The notes below the pieces were generated by a model. That model was not told where the DNA came from, made no database searches, and saw nothing but the letters and a program-made list of their open reading frames with translations. A stretch of 64,000 nt of DNA from an uncultured Desulfarculus sp. (GTDB taxonomy: Bacteria; Desulfobacterota; Desulfarculia; Desulfarculales; Desulfarculaceae): contig CAXXUK010000001.1 of NCBI GenBank assembly GCA_963665125.2, positions 1,888,001 through 1,952,000 of the forward strand. Reading direction: 5' to 3'. Each line of letters begins with the position of its first letter. The stretch's first letter is position 1. Shown one piece after another: positions 56,419 to 64,000 of the stretch. The translations under genes and the position numbers were made by a program.

Positions 56419-59400
56419 ATGCGCGCAAGGGGTTTACGTGTGAGCGCCGTATTGGCGGCGCTTTTTGCCGTGGCGTTGTTAATGGCCGCAGACGGCCTGG
56501 CCATGGATGAAAAACAACCCGCCGCCCTGAAAGTGACCAGTCTGCTGCCCCAGGGCCAGGCTCCCCGGCTGACGCAGATCGTCGTCGGTTTCAACAAACA
56601 GATGGTGCCCCTTGGCACAGCCGAACAGGGCGACACCGACGCGCCGCTGAGGTTGGACCCCAGGCCGGCCGGAGCCTATCGCTGGCTCGACCCTTCGACC
56701 CTGGCCTATATTTTCGACAAACCCGTTACCGGGTCCACACGCATAAAGATAGCCGTTCCGGCCGGAATAAAGGCCCTGGACGGTTCGGCCCTGGCCAAGA
56801 CCGTGCGGGCCACGGCCTGGACGCCGCCGGTGGTGGTCAGCGACACAAACCCCAAACCTGGTTACAGGGTGGGGCCAGACCAGCAGTTTCGCCTGTACCT
56901 CAACCAGCCGGTGAAGCTCGACAGCCTGGTTAAGCGTCTGGCCGTTTATGTCGGCGGCAATCGGGTGGGCGCGAAGGTCAACCTCCAGCCCAAGCCCAGT
57001 TGGCAGCGTGAACGCCAGAATCTGGCCGCCGTTTACATTGTGACCCTGGACAAATCCCTGCCGCCCGAAACAGGCGTGCGCATCGATATAGGCAAGGGAC
57101 TGGTGCCCGAGGAGGGAGACCTTCCCTCGGAGCGGTCTTTCGGGTTTACCTACCGCACATACAACACGTTGCATATGGTCAGGGCCTTCATGCCCAACAG
57201 TGTATTGGGCGGCTTGGACCCCTCGGCCTCGCTGATGCTGGAATTCAACAACCCGGTAAAGGGCGAAGACGTTTGGAAACATCTCAAAATCGATCCGCCG
57301 CTGCCCAGGCCGGTCGAAGATTTTTATGAATCGTCATCACGTTGGGTGCACCTCGATCTGAAATTCAAGCCTGGCCAAACCTACAAGGTCGTGCTTGAGG
57401 CTGGCCTCAAGGACGATTTCGGCACTGCCCTGGCCGCGCCGGTGACCCATGTATTGAAGATGGGCGACCTCAACCCGCTGATGGCCCTGAGCAGCACCAG
57501 CGGCGTGCTGGAACTGCCGGGGGTCTTGCCCCTGCGCCTGCGCAACCTCGATGCCGTTGATCTGGGCCTTCAACTCATTGGGCCGGACAACGTGGTCCCG
57601 GCCCTGGTGGCCGAGGCCGAGCGTGACTGGGACGACCCCAGGGAGCCGCCCAAGCAGGGCGATCCCGGCGTGGTCATCGAGGAACTCAGGCCTGAGCTGG
57701 AAAAAAACCGCACCGTGCTCTATCCCCTGGACCTAGGCAAGCTGTTGGGCCGCTCGCCCACCGGCGGCCTGATTCTGGTGGATGCCCGGGCCACCTGGCC
57801 TGACGATAACGGCGAACCAAACTTGCGTGTGCGCCGGGCCCTGATTCAGGTGACCCAAATGGGCCTGTCGCTGAAGCTGGGCGCGTCGTCCGGCGCCGCC
57901 TGGGTCACCGGGCTGGCCGACGCCAAACCCATGGCCGGGGTGGCCCTGGAGCTACGCGACCGCAAAAACCGCGTGCTGTGGCAAGGTGTCAGCGATGAAA
58001 ACGGCTTAGCCAAGCTCCCCGGCGTGGAAGAGCTCAAGCCCGATCCGGACCCGGACCGCCCCTGGCGAAACCCGCTGGTCTACTTGATGGCCCAAAAGGA
58101 CGGCGACATGGCCGTCTTGCCCAGCGAATGGGGCTGGGACCTGACCTATGAACTGCCTTCGGAGGTCAATTTCACCGGGCCGGGGGACACCCCTTCGGTG
58201 GCCGCCCACGCCTTGGTGCAATTGCCCCTTTATCAGCCCGGCCAGGAGGTGCGGTTCGCCGTGTATCTGCGCAACCGCACGGCAGACGGCCTGGTGGCCC
58301 CGGAGCCGACGGACGTCGAGCTGATGGTTGACGACCCCTACGGCAAACAGTTGCAAAAGGTCACCACCCGCTCGAACCGTTACGGTACGGTCTCGAGCAG
58401 CCTGCAACTAAGCAGCAGCGCCCGGCTGGGCAGTTACACCATCAGGGTTAAATTCAACGGCAAGCGGGTCACCGCGGGCAGCTTCCGGGTGGCCTCGTTC
58501 CGGCCTCCGGATTTCAAGGTTACGCTTAATTCGCCTGATGACGCCGTGGGCTCCGGCCCGGCGGGCCAGGCCCAGGTCGACGCCCAGTACCTGTTCGGCG
58601 CGCCCGTGGCCGAGGGCTCGGCCGAGCTGACCGTTAGCCAGGAGCCCACCTATTTCAGCCCCCCGCCCCTGCGTGATTTCGTGGTGGGCGACATTCCCCT
58701 GCCCGGCAGCGAGGTCTTCCAGCAGGCCACACTGGGCCAGCAGAAGGCCAGCCTGGACGCCAAGGGTTTCACCACTTTTGAGCTGCCCAAGGCCGAGCCC
58801 CTACCGGGCCTGCCCGTGCGTCTGCAGATGCAGGCCGTGGTGGGAGACAAGGCCGATTTGTTCATGACGGCCAGCCGCTCCATGATCGTGCACCCGGCGT
58901 CCATTTACGTCGGCCTCAAGACACCCCTGTTGGCCACGGCCAACCAGGCGGCCAAGATTGAGTTGCTGGCCGCGGGCTTTGACGGCAAACCAGCCGCTCT
59001 GGAAGGCCTGAAGCTCACGGCTTATCGCCAGTACTGGGAGACGGTGCGCGAAAAAGGCCCCGGCGGCTACTACCGCTACCTGGGCCAGGCCCGGCGTGAG
59101 CAAGTCTGGCAGGGAGACGTCAGCCTGGCCACAGACGGCGCCACCGTGGAATTCACCCCGCCCCAGGCAGGCACCTATGTTTTGGTGGCCGAGGCCAAGG
59201 ATTCGGCCGGGCGTATCATCCGCTCGGCGGCCTATATGTGGGCCACGGGCGGCGGTATTGCCGGCTGGCAGTGTTTCGACGGCCATCAGTTGGAACTGCA
59301 AGCCGCCGGTGACGACCTCAAGCCCGGCCAGACGGCCCGTATTTTGGTGAAAAACCCCTTTGCCAAGGCCACTGCCCTGGTTAGCGTGGAGCGCCGGGGC

Positions 59401-61953
59401 GTACGCAGCCTTCGGGTCGTGGAACTTGATACGCCCGCACCGGTCATCGAGGTGCCCATCGGCGACAAGGACTACCCCGGCGTGTACGTGGGCGTGCTGC
59501 TCGTTCGAGGCAGGGTGGCGGAACCGGCGGCCACCGGCGTTGACTTGGGCAAGCCCCAGGTGCGCCTGGGCTACTGTCGAATCAAGGTGGCCCGGCCCGG
59601 CGGCGGCATCGCCGTTGACGTCAACACCGACCGTGCAAAAGCCCGGCCCGGCGAGATGATCAAGGCCAACGCCGCCGTGACCAAGGGCGGCCAACCCTAC
59701 CAGGCCCAGGTCACCCTGTTGGCCGTGGACGAGCGGGTGCTCACCGCCGCGGGCGGGGTCGATTCCTATGATCCCATGGAGACATTCGGCAGACTGGTGG
59801 GCCTGGGAGTCCTGAACGTCGACATGCGCACCCAGGTCATCGGCAAGATCCTGGCCGCCCAAAAGGGTGAGGACGGCGCGGGCGGCGGCGGCATGAGCCC
59901 TGCCCTACGCCAGCGTTTTCACCCGGCGGTGTTCTGGCTGGCCGACGCCGAAACCGACGCCGACGGTAAGCTCGCGGTGGAGTTCCATCTGCCCGATACA
60001 CTCACGGCCTACCGGGTGGTGGCCGTGGCCTGTGACACGGCCGATGATTTTGCCTCGGCCAAGGCCACGGTGCGGGTCAGCAAGCCGTTACAGGTGCTTT
60101 CGGCCCTGCCGCGTTTTGTCACCAACGGCGACAGTTTCGACGCCCGTTTCGTGGTGCAGAACTTCGGCGAAAAACAGACCCAGGTCAGGCTCAGCGCCCA
60201 GCTTGACGGCCTGGAGCCCGACGGCCCCATGGAGCAGGTGATCGGCCTGGCTCCGGGTGAGAGCAAGGTGGTCGGCTTCGCGGTCAAGGCCAAAAAGACC
60301 GGCAAGGTGTCGGTGTCCGTGCGGGCCGTGGCCGGAAACGAAGGCGACGGCGCCCTCTACACCATGGAGGTCAAGCCGCGCACCCAACTTACGGCCATGG
60401 CCGCTGCCGGTGAGCTCATGCCCAAGGGCAAGCAGGCCGAGATCGTCACCCAGATAGTGACCCCGGCCGACTCCGAGCCCGATCGCGGCGGCCTGAGCCT
60501 GGAAATTTCCGGCAGTCTGGCCCCGTCCATGGACCGGCCCACCAGGATGCTGGTCGAATATCCCTGGGACTGCTGGGAGCAGCGCCTGAGCCGGGCCTCG
60601 GCCAGGGCCCTGCGCCTCAGCGCAGGCAAGACCTTTGGCCTGCAACCCGATCCCAAGGACCTCGAGTTGGTCCAAAAGACCGTTGATCTGGCCATCGACT
60701 TCCAGACCGGAAACGGCGGGTTCGTCTATTGGCGGGGCATGCAGCATGCCGATCCGCTGCTGACGGCCTACACGCTCATCGCCGCCAAGCAGATCGCCAA
60801 GGCCGGACCGGAGATGGACGCCGAGGTCATCAAGGACGCGGCCCGGTATCTGGAAAACGCCCTCAAAGCCAAGCGTCCCAAGACCCGCGGAATGTACTAC
60901 ACCACCGCCGAGGCCCTGGCCATCTGGGCCCTGGCCGAGCATGGAACCAACATCAAACCGTATCTGGAGACCGCCCTGACCGATGCGCCGAGCATGACCC
61001 CGTTCGCCTTGGCCTCCCTGATCAAGGCCGCCCACATTTCGGGCCAGCCCGGGGTCGTGGCCAAGCTGGTCCAGCGCCTGGAAGCCACGGCCGCTGTCAG
61101 CGCCACGGGCCTGCACTTCGCCGCCATCAACCCCGGCGGCCTCAAGGTGGTGATGGGTTCGCGCCTGAGGGGCAATGCCCTGGCCCTCTGGGCCCTGAGC
61201 AACGCCGTGCCGGGCTACCCGCGCCTGGGCAACCTGGGCCGCTGGCTGGCCACGGACCTGGCCCGCCGCCAATACATCTCCACCCAGGACGCGGTGTTCG
61301 GCCTATGGGGCATGCAGGCCTATCTGGAGTCCGTGGGGGCTGGCCAGCCCGTCAGCGGATCGGTGAGCCTGGACGGCCGGGAGTTGGCCAAGCGCCTGTT
61401 CGACAATATTCAGAGCCCGCCCCTGGAAGTGGACGTGGCCCGGACCATGCTGGAAACCGGCAAGCCCCAAAACCTGGAAATCAAGGCCGAAGGCCAGGGC
61501 ATCCTGTTCTGGACGGCCAGGCTGCGCTACGCCCCGCTGGGGTCCCTGGCCCAGCCGGTCAATGCCGGACTGCGGGTGGCCCGTTTCCTGGCCAAGCCCG
61601 GATCCGAGGCGGGCGGCATCTGGAAGTTGGGTGAAGAAATTGAATACGTGGTGACCATCAGCGCCGACGATACGCGTTTCCACGTGCTGGTGGCCGCGCC
61701 CTATCCGGCGGGCCTGGAGCCTCTGCGGGCCCGGGAGGGAGCCGTGCAGGCGGCCCCTTGGACTTGGAGCGAACTGCGCACCAGCGAGCTGTTGCTCTAT
61801 ACGCCGGTGCTACAGCCGGGGGTGTACACCTACCGCTTCCGCATGCGGGCCGTGAACCCCGGCAGCTTCGTGATGCCGCCGCTGCGGGCCGAGGAGATGT
61901 ACGCGCCCGAGGTGTTCGGCGCCACGGCCGAAGAAACGGTTGAAGTGCGGTGA
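56419..61953 (+). CDS. bacterial alpha-2-macroglobulin
   Basis: PLYQPGQEV, FRPPDFKV, LLAVDE, LPDTLTAYR, LPRF, thioester motif YPWDCWEQ, AEEMYAPEVFG; followed by pbpC. Confidence 0.93.
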   Translation: MRARGLRVSAVLAALFAVALLMAADGLAMDEKQPAALKVTSLLPQGQAPRLTQIVVGFNKQMVPLGTAEQGDTDAPLRLDPRPAGAYRWLDPSTLAYIFDKPVTGSTRIKIAVPAGIKALDGSALAKTVRATAWTPPVVVSDTNPKPGYRVGPDQQFRLYLNQPVKLDSLVKRLAVYVGGNRVGAKVNLQPKPSWQRERQNLAAVYIVTLDKSLPPETGVRIDIGKGLVPEEGDLPSERSFGFTYRTYNTLHMVRAFMPNSVLGGLDPSASLMLEFNNPVKGEDVWKHLKIDPPLPRPVEDFYESSSRWVHLDLKFKPGQTYKVVLEAGLKDDFGTALAAPVTHVLKMGDLNPLMALSSTSGVLELPGVLPLRLRNLDAVDLGLQLIGPDNVVPALVAEAERDWDDPREPPKQGDPGVVIEELRPELEKNRTVLYPLDLGKLLGRSPTGGLILVDARATWPDDNGEPNLRVRRALIQVTQMGLSLKLGASSGAAWVTGLADAKPMAGVALELRDRKNRVLWQGVSDENGLAKLPGVEELKPDPDPDRPWRNPLVYLMAQKDGDMAVLPSEWGWDLTYELPSEVNFTGPGDTPSVAAHALVQLPLYQPGQEVRFAVYLRNRTADGLVAPEPTDVELMVDDPYGKQLQKVTTRSNRYGTVSSSLQLSSSARLGSYTIRVKFNGKRVTAGSFRVASFRPPDFKVTLNSPDDAVGSGPAGQAQVDAQYLFGAPVAEGSAELTVSQEPTYFSPPPLRDFVVGDIPLPGSEVFQQATLGQQKASLDAKGFTTFELPKAEPLPGLPVRLQMQAVVGDKADLFMTASRSMIVHPASIYVGLKTPLLATANQAAKIELLAAGFDGKPAALEGLKLTAYRQYWETVREKGPGGYYRYLGQARREQVWQGDVSLATDGATVEFTPPQAGTYVLVAEAKDSAGRIIRSAAYMWATGGGIAGWQCFDGHQLELQAAGDDLKPGQTARILVKNPFAKATALVSVERRGVRSLRVVELDTPAPVIEVPIGDKDYPGVYVGVLLVRGRVAEPAATGVDLGKPQVRLGYCRIKVARPGGGIAVDVNTDRAKARPGEMIKANAAVTKGGQPYQAQVTLLAVDERVLTAAGGVDSYDPMETFGRLVGLGVLNVDMRTQVIGKILAAQKGEDGAGGGGMSPALRQRFHPAVFWLADAETDADGKLAVEFHLPDTLTAYRVVAVACDTADDFASAKATVRVSKPLQVLSALPRFVTNGDSFDARFVVQNFGEKQTQVRLSAQLDGLEPDGPMEQVIGLAPGESKVVGFAVKAKKTGKVSVSVRAVAGNEGDGALYTMEVKPRTQLTAMAAAGELMPKGKQAEIVTQIVTPADSEPDRGGLSLEISGSLAPSMDRPTRMLVEYPWDCWEQRLSRASARALRLSAGKTFGLQPDPKDLELVQKTVDLAIDFQTGNGGFVYWRGMQHADPLLTAYTLIAAKQIAKAGPEMDAEVIKDAARYLENALKAKRPKTRGMYYTTAEALAIWALAEHGTNIKPYLETALTDAPSMTPFALASLIKAAHISGQPGVVAKLVQRLEATAAVSATGLHFAAINPGGLKVVMGSRLRGNALALWALSNAVPGYPRLGNLGRWLATDLARRQYISTQDAVFGLWGMQAYLESVGAGQPVSGSVSLDGRELAKRLFDNIQSPPLEVDVARTMLETGKPQNLEIKAEGQGILFWTARLRYAPLGSLAQPVNAGLRVARFLAKPGSEAGGIWKLGEEIEYVVTISADDTRFHVLVAAPYPAGLEPLRAREGAVQAAPWTWSELRTSELLLYTPVLQPGVYTYRFRMRAVNPGSFVMPPLRAEEMYAPEVFGATAEETVEVR

Positions 61954-64000
61954 AACGCATCACCCTATGGGCCCTGGCCGCGTGCCTGGGGCTGTTGGCC
62001 GTGGCCTGGGCCGCCTTGTGGCTCTGGCCGGGGGCGGCGCCCCAGGCGGGCTACGGCCGGGGCGACCGGTTGCTGCTGGCCGCCGACGGCCGGGTCATGG
62101 CCCTGTTCGCCGACCCCAGGGTGCGCTGCGGACCATGGCTGGCCGCCGACGATATCCCACCGGTGCTTGCCGCCGCCGCCGTGGCCGCCGAGGACAAGCG
62201 GTTCCACGCCCACCCCGGCGTGGACCCCCTGGCCCTTTTGCGGGCCACGGCCCAAAACATAGGCGCGGGCCGGGTCGTTTCCGGCGGCTCCACCATCACC
62301 ATGCAGTTGGCCAGGCTTTTGGAACCGGCCAACCGCACCCTGGGGGCCAAACTGCGGGAGGCCTGCACGGCCCTATGGCTGGAGCGGCGCATGACCAAGG
62401 CCGCCATTCTGGAGCAGTACCTTAACCGCGCCCCCTTTGGCGGGCCCTTGGTGGGGGCCGGAGCGGCCTGCCGGGTGCTTCTGGGCAAGGATCCGCAGCG
62501 CCTGACGCCCGCCGAGGCGGCGTTGTTGATGGCCCTGCCCCAGGATCCGGCCCGACTGCTGAGAAAGGCCAACCGAGACCGCCTCAAGGACCGGCGTGAC
62601 CTGATCCTGCGCCGCATGGCCCAGGACGGCAGCATCGATGCCGATGCGCTGGAGCGCAACCTGGCCGCGCCGCTTAAGATCGCCGCCCGGCCCGGCCTGG
62701 CCGACGCGCCCCACCTTGCCAGGCGGATCAAGGGCCTGTTGCCCCAAAATGCCGGGCACGAGATCAAGACCTATATCGACCTGGATTTGCAGCGCCAGGC
62801 CGCTGAACTGGCCGCCGAGCACTGCCGCTTGGGGGCCAACCTGGGCCTGCGTCAGGCCGCCGTGGTGGTGTTGCGCAACAGCGACCGGGCCGTGCTGGCC
62901 TGGGTGGGATCGGCCGACTTTGACGGGCCCTGGGCCGGTCAGGTGGACGGCGTGTTGGCCAAGCGCCAGCCGGGCAGCACCTTGAAACCTTTTGTCTACG
63001 GCCTGGCCCTGGAAAAGGGCTACACCCTAGCCGGGATGATCGCCGACGAACCACTGGGCCTGCAAACGGCCGGGGGCGTGTTCCGGCCCGTGGATTACGA
63101 CGGCAAGAGCCGGGGTGATGTGACCTTGCGTCAGGCCCTGGGCAGTTCATTGAACCTGCCCGCCCTGCGCCTGATGCGCGGTCTGGGCGTTGAATTGGTG
63201 CTGGAGCGACTGCGGGGCCTGGGCCTGGACCTGCCCCGCCGGGCCGACCACTACGGCCTGGGCCTGGCTCTTGGCAACGGCGAGGTCACGCTTTTGGAAC
63301 TGGCCCAGGCCTATGCCGCCCTGGCCGACGGCGGACGCTGGGCCCCGGCAAGGCTGTGGCAGGGCCAGGAGCAGGCCAAGCCCCGTCAGACTGCCGACCC
63401 GGCGGCCTGCCGTTTGATCGCCGACGTCATGTCCGACGACGAAGCCAGGGGCCTTGGATTCGGCCGCCACAGCCTGCTGGAGCTCCCCTTCCCTGCGGCG
63501 GTCAAAACCGGCACCAGCCAGCATTTCAAGGACAACTGGTGCATCGGTTTCACCCGGCAGTACACAGTGGCCGTGTGGGTTGGCAACTTCTCGGCCCAGC
63601 CCATGGCCGGGGTGTCGGGCCTCAGCGGCGCCGGGCCCCTGTGGCGGCAGGTGATGATGCTGGTCCACGGCAGCCGGTCCGGCGATCTGCCGCCCTGGCC
63701 CGCCGGGGTGGAGCGCCTGCGGGTTTGCTGCGACAGCGGCGCGGCGGCAGGGCCGGGTTGCCCCAACACCCGTCTTGAATACTTCCTGGCGGGCAAGGGC
63801 CCCGAGGCCAGGTGTCCCCTGCACGGGCAAGCCGGGGCGGTTGCCGCGCGTCCCCGCCTGGAGCTGTTGGCCCCGGCCGACGGCGCGGTGTACGCCCTTG
63901 ACCCCGGCCTGCCCGCCCAATTGCAGATCTTGGCCTGCCGGGCCAGGGCCGAAGGAAAGGTCATCCAGGCCAGTTGGCTGCTCAACGGCAAACCCCTGGA
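61950..64000 (+). CDS. pbpC: penicillin-binding protein 1C, partial (runs off the window)
   Basis: GTG at 61950 overlapping the A2M stop; AEDKRFHAHPGVD, SGGSTITMQLAR, RQPGSTLKPF (62961) and VKTGTS (63501) are all in the same frame. Confidence 0.92.
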   Translation, partial: MKRITLWALAACLGLLAVAWAALWLWPGAAPQAGYGRGDRLLLAADGRVMALFADPRVRCGPWLAADDIPPVLAAAAVAAEDKRFHAHPGVDPLALLRATAQNIGAGRVVSGGSTITMQLARLLEPANRTLGAKLREACTALWLERRMTKAAILEQYLNRAPFGGPLVGAGAACRVLLGKDPQRLTPAEAALLMALPQDPARLLRKANRDRLKDRRDLILRRMAQDGSIDADALERNLAAPLKIAARPGLADAPHLARRIKGLLPQNAGHEIKTYIDLDLQRQAAELAAEHCRLGANLGLRQAAVVVLRNSDRAVLAWVGSADFDGPWAGQVDGVLAKRQPGSTLKPFVYGLALEKGYTLAGMIADEPLGLQTAGGVFRPVDYDGKSRGDVTLRQALGSSLNLPALRLMRGLGVELVLERLRGLGLDLPRRADHYGLGLALGNGEVTLLELAQAYAALADGGRWAPARLWQGQEQAKPRQTADPAACRLIADVMSDDEARGLGFGRHSLLELPFPAAVKTGTSQHFKDNWCIGFTRQYTVAVWVGNFSAQPMAGVSGLSGAGPLWRQVMMLVHGSRSGDLPPWPAGVERLRVCCDSGAAAGPGCPNTRLEYFLAGKGPEARCPLHGQAGAVAARPRLELLAPADGAVYALDPGLPAQLQILACRARAEGKVIQASWLLNGKPL

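Noticed and set aside
61950..64000. pbpC pseudogene (no long ORF in the track)
   Set aside because: The motifs checked are in one frame; the ORF is missing from the track only because it runs off the window.

Overview
A GC-rich bacterial chromosomal segment. Gene content (Flx-Hdr, non-decarboxylating glutaryl-CoA dehydrogenase, rubrerythrin) points to an anaerobic Desulfobacterota/deltaproteobacterial sulfate reducer or syntroph; this is an inference. In order: partial PIN-PhoH gene; carbamoyltransferase-SxtJ-SxtK(DUF5989)-like trio; tolQRAB-pal-cpoB; HAD hydrolase; LysM lytic transglycosylase, thiL, ndk; cobalamin riboswitch with btuFCD; an RND efflux system; tandem-domain HdrA, flxDCBA and HdrD-like genes; an amidase; a sigma54-controlled acyl-CoA/glutaryl-CoA degradation operon with its activator; cheY, TetR regulators, tpx, M15 peptidase, rubrerythrin; tRNA-fMet; sucCD, acuA-like, Mrr-like and DegT genes; a 270-bp multi-hairpin element; alpha-2-macroglobulin and partial pbpC. 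No CRISPR array, prophage, integrase or transposase was seen. The most notable observations are the fully readable sigma54 promoter/enhancer (TGTCTA-N6-TAGACA) driving an operon with a lone, divergent GcdA, the nested inverted-repeat element at 56.0-56.3 kb, the sxtIJK-like trio next to tol-pal (including a 52-aa gene missing from the ORF track), and a Flx-Hdr cluster without hdrBC. All product calls come from motif recognition, not database searches.
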